From Ginglymostoma cirratum (taxonomy: Eukaryota), in the NCBI GenBank assembly GCA_024137785.1, contig JAHRHZ010000038.1, positions 8,384,219 to 8,448,218 of the forward strand: 64,000 nucleotides of DNA, in the 5' to 3' direction. Position 1 is the stretch's first letter. Each line of letters opens with the position of its first letter. Positions 48,266 through 60,212 of this stretch are shown here, piece after piece. The notes under the pieces are model-generated. The model did not search any database. It saw nothing but the letters and a program-made list of their open reading frames with translations, and was not told where the DNA came from. The position numbers were made by a program, and so were the translations under genes.

Positions 48266-51200
48266 TCAAAGTCCTTTTAAATCAAAGAAGACAATTAATT
48301 GGGTGTTAGGAGGGTGGGTTTGGGAAATAGAGCCTTTACTTATGCTGAAAGGTTCATTCCCTTTAATTTCTTATCTGATCTATGGAATTTGACAAGTAGT
48401 CAACACAACTTAATTGATTTTTTCAGGTATGTGTGTTTTTCTTTCCCTTTTCATTTTTTTTATAGTTATCCATAGAATCTCATAACTTAATATTTAAACC
48501 TGATTTTTTTTCCAGAAATTGGTTGTTTTGTTGTCATTTTGTGGAATGCAGTACTTTATATACACACTATTTGTCTGTCATTACAACTGATAGCTGATCT
48601 AAATGTTTCCCTGTCTCAATATAGTTTTTCTTCTCTCTGGGTCTCATTTCTTTTGAACATCTGTTTGTGCTTGTCTACTCAACACCATAGCACTGTGTTT
48701 TATCAACATCAGAAAAGTTTTGTATCAGAATAGTTATTAAGTAACACAAAAGAACAATTAGAGAAAGAAGCTGAAGGTAATGCCCATATTGTTACAGCAC
48801 ATACTTCAAAGTAACTCAATGTTTACCAAGCCAAAACTATATTGGAGATATGACTTACACTGATCACTGGATTTGGTAGCTTTGTAATTTTATTGGCTGC
48901 GTTTCTAATGTTTTGATATCCGTATATTATTTCACATATGTGTTAATTGGAACAAGCTTTTCCCCATAGCAAGCAGTTTCCAGTATAGCTTTTACAGAAG
49001 GCACAGACAAAAGGTATATTACATATATTTAAGTTAATTTTACTGAAGCTCTAAACCAGTTGCACAGCTGCAGCTATTGGATACAAATAGATAATTAGAT
49101 GTTTTTATCCATCCACAAAAAGTGGTCTGTCATTGAAATAGTTTTTCTAGTTTGTAATGATGATTGGTCTATCAATATCACACTCAGATGCACTCTTCAT
49201 TATCAGCACTGCTGCAGAAGAGAGTCAACATGAGAAAATCAACGACACAGTGTGCATGCCCAGCACAGTATCAGGCATGCATGAGACCATAGGAATATTT
49301 GAACATATTATTGATGTGTCAAATGCTCATCTTTCCAAATCTATTGGTACAACTTTAAGATATACTATAACCTGTTGTTTATCTGATATGTACTGTTTGA
49401 GTGGGAATTAACCAACTTGGAACAGTTGTTATCAAGAAGTTGCATAGGTTTTGAAGAGATTGTGATGTGTTCATGAAAGTTGTAGACATCAGACATTATA
49501 CACTGGCCCTATCTGTGGGGCTACAAGCTGACTATTCCCTCAAGACTAAGCAAATTTTTTAATTGTTAGACAGTACTTTAATTGTGCACAGAGGGCACCG
49601 AGATTCTGGACATGGGTTATTGGGTGGCAGTAGCTGTTTAAAAGTCTGTGATTCCATTTCAAGATATATCTAATTTTTTTTCTTTGTAAAATCAGTTTTG
49701 GAATTAAAGGGGCAATTAGTATTAGAGGCTGCAGTATATGAAATCCTGGCAGAAATAAGAATCTGATACAGAGTTGAGAACCATCCAAATACAGCAGCTT
49801 TCCAATCATCTTTTCACCTTGATTGTCTGACACACCTTTTTAAACCAGGTGCTACAAGTGTGTGAAGCATTGATCAACTGCTTCTGTTGCATTATGGGTC
49901 TTTAACAGAGTTATGGACTTTGTGGGAGTTAGCAAAATCAGAAATGCTGCGCAAACCTTGACCCACTTGTTGGATTGGAAGAATTAGAGAAAAGAAGAAA
50001 TTTCTCTGAGCAGAAAAGTACTTTTTTAACAGAATAGGAGTGGTTAGATATCTGACGCACCCCCTTCTGACACCCATCATGCCTGTCAAAATAAGGCAGG
50101 AGTAGGCTTCAATGTGAAAATTGAGGTTTCTGCCTGTGGCAGGCCCTCCAAATGCAGTTTTCGTGGGCTCATGGCCAAATTTGCACCCATTTTAGGCTTG
50201 GAGTTAAAATGTGCACGCAAAACTTTAAAATAATCTAACAAAAAAGGGAGATGTTCATAAATCTGCAGCGCTTAGCGTAAAGAGAGATAGAACAGCACAA
50301 GCAGATGATGTATCCCTTTGCTGCTGTGGTACCTGTATCATCCCACAAACCAAGTTGTAACAGAATGGGTCACCTTATGTTCTTGGAGCCGAAGGTGGCT
50401 CTTTAAAACCCATTACAATTGCATTGATGTATCAAGTTATGTGTTAAGTGCTTAAATTGTACAGTGTGCATTCCAGTCTGAATCTAACAAACCCAGAATG
50501 GGTTTCTGCCAAGAGATGCTGTGCTTAGATCCAAATTTTGATCAGATTGGGAATTTCAATACAATGGAAAGAGATGAAAATGTTCCATTCAATTTCAATT
50601 TCTGGAACAGAACTATGTTTATATCGGAATGCTTGCATGATGGGAATGGTCATGATGGGATTCTGTGCTTGGCTGTGATACACATTTATGTAGATTCCAT
50701 TGCATTTGCTTGATAATGTGAAATCTTGATAACATGGAAGTATATAATATAACAGAGTAGGTATTGCCATTATAAAGTTGAAAATTATATTGCCTCTCTC
50801 CTAGTTCTCCTTTCTATTCCTTTCCCTTTTTCATTCTGTCCTAAAGTCGCTCTTTTATCATCTAAATTTGTTCTTTTATACTTTTCAATATGGGGTTTAA
50901 TCTAATCCAGGCAATTAAGATTTCGCCCAATTAATATTGTGCATTTTATTAACTGCATTTGAAGCTAATTGCAATCTAACATTCAAAGACTATGGGTTCA
51001 GGTCCTGCTCCAGAAACTTAAGGGTAAAATCTAGGCTAATGCTCCACTGTAGCACTGAGGTCATGTGACATTGTTGAAGGTACTGTCTTTTGGAAAAGAC
51101 GTTAAACCAAGGCCCATCCTCCATTACGAAGGACATAAAAGACCCCATGGCACTACTTTGGAAAAGTGTCCATTCAGACCATCATTGTACTTCAAAAGTA

Positions 51201-53077
51201 CTTTGTTGGTTGTAGAGTGCTTTGTGATGTCCTGAGGCCACGGGAATGCGTGTATTTGCGCATTCATTTTTGACCTAGAGGAGACCAGAAGAGTGTGCAA
51301 TTAATCTCTCACCTTTCAAACCATTATAATATTGGTACCTTGCTTACAGGCTACACAACATATTCAATCACATTTATAACCTAATGGGAAATGAATTAAT
51401 GTGTTCAATTATACCCCTGAGCTGCACATACAGGCCCTTAATTCATGTTGAGAAAACCGTAGGTACACTTTGCTGACTTCCTTTGGCAAACAGTAGGGAG
51501 AAGTATTTTCTCACATAGTTGAGTTAATTGCACTTTGTACCTCAGTCTAAAGAAGCTAGATCAAAATGAATTTAGTGTGTACAGTTCCAGCTCAGTGACT
51601 CTAAGCTTTTATAATATTGATATGTTGTTAATTAATTAGCACTAACATTCATTGATAAATTTCATTCTAGCTTAACAAAATATTTTTCTTTATTTGTCAG
51701 GTAACTAAGCAAAATGTGTGGGATGATTAAGGTTAATACAATAATGTGCTTGAGGGATAGAAAGTGCCATCCTTATGTTGTCTGGCCTACACGTGACTCC
51801 AGACCCACAGCAATGTGTTTGTCTCTGAACTGCCCTCTGGGCAATGAGGGATGGACAATAAATGCTGCCTAGCCAACGACGCCCTCATCCTGTCAATGAA
51901 TAAAGAAAAATAAATTTAGTTTGACTAAGGGAATATTCAGTAACTCGTGGCTCAGTGAAATTTGACAGCTATGTCAGTTGGTGGTTTGTTTAATTTCTGC
52001 AGCAGTGAAAGCAACTGCCAACCAAGTAAGTATTTTCCATCAGTGCCAGTGCTGCTTCATTCAACAGATACCGGAGACATTGGAGCTTAGATTTTCCAAT
52101 CTGTGTTATTTTAAAGCCAGCAGTAAACATTCTAAAATTAAATAAACGTTTCTTATTGGGTTACCACTTGTATTATAATAACACTGAGTAGAGTATTCAG
52201 TTTGTGTCTCCTGTTCCTCCACAATCTTGAAACCCTTTACAGCATGTTTGCACATACATCCAGAACGACATCTCTTTCTGGATGATGTTTACGCTGTTGC
52301 AGACCTTGAACTCTACAAATGTAAGAAAACATCACAGCAACACCACATGACCTTTCTCATGACATACAGCAGAGAAGATTAAAGGGTCACACGAGTATCA
52401 TACCCTTTCCATATTTTACAGCATACTGACATGTCTTGATTTGGTGAGAGGTTTTGGGTTGGGGCGGGGAAGGTTAGATAACAATGCTCACTCTTCAGTG
52501 AAGCTCACTCGAGCACACACCTTTGTAGTAGAAGCAATGATCTGGGTTGAACCATGTTTCTGGTTCACTTTAATGTTCTCATTATTCCTCAGTTAAGTTT
52601 GTTTTCTGTGCATGCACCTCCTCTATCTCTTTCTTACAATTACGAAGCCTTTCAACCTTTTACCTATTTATAGCTGTAAATACGTAGATTTGGAATCTAT
52701 CAAGTGTTCCATCGCACCTAGCAATCATCCTTTCTTTCACCTTTTCTGAATAGCATTCACTCAGTAAAGGTAATTGGAAAGACATTTGTAGTCTGTGCTT
52801 CCTTCCTACCTCTGCCTTTTATCTATATAAAATATTCATGCTGTATTTAATGTATGATTTAAGTTGAGCACCGCCTTGCTTTCCTGATTAGATGTATGTG
52901 CCAGAAAACAAAGGAAGTTTTTACTTTCCAATGTGCCAATAAGCTCAAAATGAGAACTATAATTGTGTACACAGTATTTTCTTGATAGTATATATTGTTT
53001 CAAGTGACTGTAATCTGTAGTCTTATATGGACAGTTTACTTGATTCTTTCAGTGTTTAGGAGAAAAGATAAATATAT

Positions 53078-53083
53078 ATTAAA
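53078..53083 (+). promoter_or_regulatory. Candidate polyadenylation signal (ATTAAA) of a long slc6a9 3' UTR
   Basis: ATTAAA at the end of a repeat-poor AT-rich block with UTR-like motifs, followed by T/GT-rich sequence. An alternative AATAAA lies at 52141. Confidence 0.35.
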
Positions 53084-54666
53084 GAAGCTACTTGTGTAAA
53101 TCTCTTTCATTCTGGGGTCAGTTAAGTACGTTGGAATCTGTGAAATGTTCACATCTTTGTATGAGATCTGATTTTGTCACTGTTATTTGATTCATGGCTG
53201 TATTTGGCTTATTTTCATATATTAATATTTGGCACTTAAAAATACTTAACATTGAGGACAAATCATAAATTGAGTGAATGTTTGACAAAATGTAAGATTT
53301 TTACAAGTCATACTTTATTGTAACAGCATCTCCATTCAGGGTAACAAGTTTTCTCATTGCCTCTATCTCCTGGATGCAATTGTTGCTGAAGCATTGAAGA
53401 TAAGAAACTTTCTAATAAGATGAATGGTCTTGATGGGAATGTCATGGCTACTTCTCATCTTCTCCCTCATTTGAGTCAGTGATAACCAGGTTTCAGTCTA
53501 ATTTGCATGGTGATTTGTTAAAAGAGGTATTTCCCTCTGAGCTCCATGTACTTACTTTAGGCTGGTCTCTGAAATAATTGATGCGGAGTGTGGATTATTA
53601 TTTATTTGACTGACATTAAAAAAATGAAATTAAAACTTTTCCAGCAGCTTGAACATTTACCAATGAAATCCAGCCAGCTCCCAAAAGAATTAATAGACAT
53701 TTCTATATCGTCCATGTTTTCCTTGTCAATAATTCTCCATACAGGAGAATTGGTAAAGTATCTTTACTAGTCCCCAGGAAGTGTCACTTGACACTGAGAA
53801 TGTTTTGAAGAGTGCAAGCAAATGGCCCGCATAAAGTCACCCTTTAAGTTTCCCTTTTGTGCAGTTAAGCATAAGCAGACTGAGCAGTACCTCCACCTAG
53901 CATAAAACATGAAATTAGGAACATATTATTTCACGAAACGAAGCAACAAATCCAATTTACTAACCATTCCTAATTGCTACAGCCTCAATAAGACTCTCTG
54001 ACACATATGAAATTACTGAGGAGGGACACTTCAGTCACAGTATATGTACAACTTTCTGAAAGACTCATACACAAAATGAGTGTTTCAGGTGCTGGAGGTG
54101 GCAGGGAGAAATACGTGTCTTTAATTAGCATCTACTTGGCAAACTTAATGATATTATGGATCAATGGAATAGCAGTGGAACTGTTATCATTATCCCCAAG
54201 TTGTGTTTTGGTGAACTGGAGGCAGATTAATTTATACTGTGCTTGAAATGTTTGTGTTTTGAGACTAACAGTATCAAAATTTGGATTTTCCAATTTGCTA
54301 CTCTTCACCTGAACTGGCAGAAAAAGAATGACCAAAGCAAAGTGACTGTTTAATTTTGCCACCTTGCTTTCGTGGTATGGCCCCATATTCACTACCATTG
54401 AAGCTGGAGGACTGGTGTATCAGAAAGAGGATTTACTGCAGCACAGCATTTCAGCATAGTGTTCATTACATCAAAAAAATCTGCTGTAAACTTTATTCTT
54501 TGACATTTGAAACCAGTAAAGCTTTAAAGGGGAATATGCTGATTCCAGAGTATCGATTTTAAAATCTGTCAGAATTATGAATTACTTGATGTTTGCTCTT
54601 GTGTTTTTTCCAACATACTAATCAAGTAGCCAGTGCTTTAATTCCTAAGCAGTACGACATTTATTA

Positions 54667-56345
54667 TAGAAACATAGAAAATCGGAGCAGGAGTAGGCCA
54701 TTCAGCCCTTCAAGCCTGCTGTGACATTCAGTAGGATTGTGGCTGATTATCCAATTCAGTACCTTGTTCCCACTTTCTCTCCATACCCTTTAATTCCTTT
54801 ACCACTAAGAACTGTATGTAATTCCTTATTGAAAACATTCTATGTTTTGACTTCAACCACTTTCTGTAATAGATAATTCTACAAGCTCATCCCTTTCTGG
54901 GTGAAGAAATTTTTTCCTCAATTCAGTCCTAAATGGCTCACCCTATATCCTTTAACTGTGACCCTTGGTTCTGGATCCTTTATCCTTCTAGTTAAGTCAG
55001 AATTTCATAGGTTTCTATTAAGTTCATTAACTAACTAACACACACACACACACACACACATTTATTCCCCCTGCCCTCCTGCCAACATTCTTCTAAACTC
55101 CAGTGAATATAGTCCTAACTGATCCAGTCTCTCTTTATATCTAAGTCGTGCCATCTCAGGAATCAGTGAGCTGAACCTCTGTTATAATCCCTCCATAGCC
55201 AGAACAATATTCCACAGATAAGAAAACTAGAACAGCACAAATTACTCCAGGTGAGGTCTCACCAAAGCCCAGTACATTTGCAGCAAGACATCTCTGTTCT
55301 TGTGTTCGAATCCTCTCACTATGAAGGCCAATGTACCTTTAATTTTTATCAAGGCCTGCTGCACCTACATGCTTACTTTTTGCAACTGGTGTACGAGGAC
55401 ACCTAGGTCTTGTTGTACCTCCCCCTTTCCCAATCTATCGCCATTGAGTTAATAATTTTCCTTCCTGTTTCTGCCACCAAAGTGGATAACCTCACATTTG
55501 ACTACATTATTACTTTATTTTCCATTCATTTGCCCACTTACTTAACTTGTCCAAATCACACTGAAGCATCTCTGCATCCTTCTCACAGTTCACCCTCACC
55601 CAGCACTGTCGCATCTGACTACCTACTAGTCACTGCCTGCCAAAGGAATAAAGACCCATTTATTCCTATTCTTTATTGCCCATCTGCCAACCAGTTCTCT
55701 GTCCAGATCAGTACACTGCCCCAATCCCAAGCACTTTAACTTTACATGCTAATCTCTTATGTGGGATCTTAGTGAAAGTCTTATGAAAGCCCAAGTAAAC
55801 CATATCCACTGAATCCCCCTTATCAACTTTACTAGTTACATCCTCAAAAAATTCTGGTAGATTTGTCTGTAGATCAGTGCTAACGCTGTCTGATCCTGTC
55901 ACTGTTCTTCAAGAGCTCTGTTATTAAATCTTTTACAATGGAGACTAGCATTTTTCAACTAATGATGTCAGGCTAATTGGTCTATTATTGTGTTTTCGCA
56001 ACCTCATTTTAAATGATGGAGTTACATTAGCTACCTTCTAAACCATACAATCTATTTCAGAGTCTATAGAATCATGAAAGATGAAGTCTGAGGCATCCGC
56101 TGTTTCCAGGGCCACTTCCTTACGTACTATGGGGTGTAGATTGTCGAACCCTGAGAATTTATCAGCTTTCAATTTCCCTAAGACTATTTCCCTATTAGTA
56201 TTGATTTTCTTCAGTTCCTCCCTCTCTCTAGACCTTGTGTTTCCCAACATTCTGAGATTTTACTTGTGTCCTCCTTTTGTGAGGACAGAACCAAAATATT
56301 CATTTAATTGGTCTGCCATCTCTTTGGTCCCCATTATAACTTCCC
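54667..56345 (-). mobile_element. Decayed CR1 LINE, with (CA)n at about 55038-55060
   Basis: Minus-strand ORF remnants LKADKFSGFDNLHP and EFFEDVTSKVDKGDSVDMVYLGFHK; CR1 3' tail near 54670. Confidence 0.88.
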
Positions 56346-58152
56346 TGACTACATTTGTCTATAATCTTTTTCACTTCCATTTTTTACTATCAGTTTGTAT
56401 GTTCCCTGCAAGCATGTAATCTTAATCTTGAAAGAAAAGGGTTTCTATAAACTTAAGTGTATAACTTAAAATAACAAAATTGCAAATTGACTTATGGTTC
56501 CTGAGTGCTGATGGTATTTAGCCAACCTGCCTATCATTTGGCCTGAAATTGGAAGCCTTAGAGAAGTAATATGGATGAGCTGGATGTGAGATTTATTTTT
56601 TAAAATGATCACATCATTTCAGTAGAAGTGTTCTTCTGAGGTGTTACAGGAAACACTTTATTAGGAGAGAAGAGAAGGAATATACTGTAAGTTTGACTGC
56701 AATCGATCCTGACACTGTGACTGGTGAAACTGTGAACTCATCATTCAAAAGTAGGTTAATGATTTCTCCATTTTTTTTTCTCAAAACAGAGACATGTTGC
56801 ATTTGCAAACTCTAAAACAGAATTTCTTCTGCTAGATGAGATCCCACAATTAGGGTGCACTTGTGGTAATAACAACATTAACAAATAATTTAAGATAATC
56901 GGTTGAGCTCATGAAACGGCTGATTTATGCTGTTTAGAATTGAATGCATTCATACTATTTGACCCAGTCTCTACAAACAAGAAGAACATGTTCAAGCCTT
57001 GCACCTTTTCTTGAATTAGTGAGGTGCTTAGAGCCTTTATTTCATTCACCGCTGCTTTCTCTAGGGCAATGCTGCAGACAAGAGTCAACTTGCTAACCAG
57101 TTAGAATCCTTTTCTCCACTAGTGTAAATTGCTGTGAACATTTGAAATTTGGCATTCTTGATTATTTACTGTGAGTGCAAGATCTAAAGCTTCAGCAACA
57201 TGTCTTTCTTCAACAAAGTATATGGTTCCATTACACAGTGCACATGGGAAATCTCACCTTCACATGGCAAAAAAAAGTTCCTAGTTAAGGCAATGTTTGT
57301 GTAAAGTTTGGTCAAGGCAAATCTTTACCTATTGTAGGTTTTAGTTAGGTGGCCTGTGGAAGGAGTGTGAAACAGACTTGCTGGATCTTCAGCATAAGAC
57401 ATCATAATGTTTCTTAGTTTTCACAACTCTTCGCCTGGAGTTGTACTGAACATTAACTGCCTTGGTAACCAAGTCCTTGTGGGTAGGGAATGCATCTGGT
57501 CAAGGCTGATAACTGGAGTTGTGAGATTGAAGATTGTGCCAAGTCTTATAGTAGACTAATGACCTATCCATCCCACAATATTAATGACTGTTAAATTAAA
57601 TGGACCTATTAGGGCCAATCCAGATTGTAAATATTGCTCAAATTGGATCAGTCTTAACTCTGAACTCCATCTTACAGGAGAAGAAAAGATGTCAAATGTT
57701 GGGTGTACACTGTGTTGGCTTTATGAATAGGTTTAACTCTGGATCACATTTATTCTTAATATGTAATTGGGGTTTCAGTTCCCTAAGCTGTTAGACTCTC
57801 TTGACCACTTACTTAAACTGCCACATCACATCATGTCAACAAATATATATACTTTTTTTTTTAACCAATGTTAGGAGCTAGCAAGAACAAACATAACTAA
57901 AAGATCAAAACTACTGATTGCAAGTGCACAAACAGAAAACAGCTAACAGTAAAGAAGCGGACCCAATGCAAGAACTCACTACCGTCTGGAAAAAGCTTGC
58001 TTGTCATTTCTCAGCAACCTGAGCACATATTGGACATAAATGCCAAGAATTTTCTCCTAGCTTCTCCTGACTGCTGTAATTTATAAGGAGGTTTGACATG
58101 AAATAAACAAGAGCCTCACTGCTCCCACTTTATTCAAGCATCTCCTGGAATC

Positions 58153-58190
58153 AGTTCTGAGGAAGGGTCACCGGACCCGAAACGTTAACT
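58153..58190 (+). ncRNA. Minimal type-I hammerhead ribozyme motif in a mini-element of about 100 bp (58155-58252)
   Basis: AGTT-CTGAGGA-A-GGGTC(ACCG)GACCC-GAAA-CG-TT-AACT; tcctggaatcag direct repeat at 58143-58154 and 58253-58264. Confidence 0.75.
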
Positions 58191-58470
58191 CTGTTTTCTC
58201 CTCCACAGATGCTGCCAGACCTGCTGAGCTTTTCCAGCAACTTTGTTTTTGTTCCTGGAATCAGCTATTCATCAAAGAGTGCCTGCTGACAGTCGAGGAG
58301 AAAGGTTTGTTGTGTGGCCAGTTGACCCACCCCAGTGTGCACGATGTAACCAGACTCAAGGTAAATTGTATGGAAGTTACTATACAGAGACATGCCATTT
58401 AACCCAACTGGTCTCTGCAAGTGTTTATGATCCACGAGAGCCTCCTCTGAACTCACCGCCTAAAACAAAA

Positions 58471-58686
58471 GGTAAAGTCACCATAGCCTTAACAGACCAT
58501 AGGGGTGCTCTCTCATTGCAGAAAGTTGACTAATAGTGGTTTAACCTGTGGGTCACTATGCCTCAGGCGACAGGAAAGGTTGAGAAGGAGAATCCTTCAT
58601 AGTGACCTCAGCCGGGTGCAGGAACTGAACCCACCGTGTCAGCATCACTCTTCATTGCAATTCAGCCAACTGAGATTGCTGACCCC
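58471..58686 (-). mobile_element. tRNA-derived SINE
   Basis: The minus strand has CTCAGTTGG (box A-like), GGGTTCAGTTCC (box B-like) and a tail ending ctatggtgactttacc. Confidence 0.6.
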
Positions 58687-59713
58687 ACTTCACCTTATCG
58701 TACAAACACACCCTTATACTTTTTCCTCCCTTAGATTTTTGGAATCTCTTCAATGTTACACACATCAGTCTATCTGGTAGTACGTTCCATAATCTTATCA
58801 AACTTTGGGTGAAGATGTTTCTCCCAAATTCTGTATTGGAATACTGACTACCTTATATCTACATTCTCTAGTTTCATACTCAGCAACATACACATATGTG
58901 GCAACATTTTTGCAAAGTTTACTCTCTGCAATCTCTTCAAAATTTTAAGGGTGGTTAAATGATCACCCAGATATTTATGTACTGGTCCTATTGTATTCAA
59001 ATTCACTCTAATTTTGTTTGAAGTACAAGAATTATTTTTTAAAATGTGTTAATGAATACTGACACATGGAGAAAATTGTTTTTATGTTGTGACAAGATTA
59101 CAGGCAGAATGCATCCATTTTTGATGCAGACTCCTAATTCCTGCCCTCCCTTAAACCAGACACAGAACTAAATGGAGGAAACTGCAAATCTAGTACAATC
59201 TCAAAATAAAGATCTATTGTGCAGGTAATGATGAAAACACTCAGTAAACTAGGCGGCATTTGTAAGAATGGAAAATATCAATGTTTCAGACTTAGCGTGT
59301 CATGTATGTATTCTGGTTAACAAGAAGACATTTAACAAGAGTTGAAGAAACAAGATAGAGTTAAGAAACATTCATAAGAAAAAGAAATCAGGTGACAAGG
59401 AGGAGATGGTTGTCTGTCAGGCCAAACAATAGTTCAGTATGAGTCATGGAGAGGCAGATCAGAATGAAAAGGCATGTCTTGGACTGGTGTTAATAATGGA
59501 CTGGTCAGATTCTAGGGTGACACATGGCTTGATAGTCTATAAGTTTTATTTTTACAGTTTGGTCACTGCGGTTACCAGTCCTGAACATATTCAAACAATG
59601 CTGCTCATGTGCTTTCAACAAAAGATTGTAAGTTTATTATATAAAAAGAAGAAAACAGCTAAATATGTTGATGACAATTTTGAAAGATCGAATCATAAGT
59701 AGCAAAAAGGTTT

Positions 59714-60212
59714 GGAGCTGGATGATCACAGCAGGCCAAGCAGCATCATAGGAGCAAGAAAGCTTGACGTTTCGGGCATAGACCCTTCATCAGAAGCCCT
59801 GAAGAAGTTACCCTCCTCCCTCCGGACAAACCTCAGGGGATCTCTCTCCCACTGCAACTCTCTCATAATCTCTTCGGCCTTGAAACTGCTCGACCACGTC
59901 CTGAAGCAAACCAGGTACTACAGCCACATCACCTTTCTTAGCACCTGCCTACGGAACCAGATCATCCCCAATGGACTACAATCCACATTCAAGCCTTCCC
60001 AATTTGGCCCCAACCGTGACAATATCTCCATTCAGAACATTGAGACCCTTCAGAAGCGCTTCTCCCTGCGACTCCAAAGCATTTCTGATGAAGGGTCTAG
60101 GCCCGAAACGTCAAGCTTTCCTGCTCCTATGATGCTGCTTGGCTTGCTGTGTTCATCCAGCCCTACACCTTGTTATCTCGGATTGTCCAGCATCTGCAGT
60201 ACCTATTATCTC
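59714..60212. mobile_element. Internally deleted Penelope-like element: inverted pLTR arms, two hammerhead motifs and an N-terminal ORF fragment
   Basis: tagcaaaaaggttt direct repeat at 59700-59713 and 60213-60226. CTGATGAAGGGTCTAGGCCCGAAACGTC at 60085 (+), mirrored at 59765-59793 (-). Peptide SHITFLSTCLRNQIIPNGL. Confidence 0.85.
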
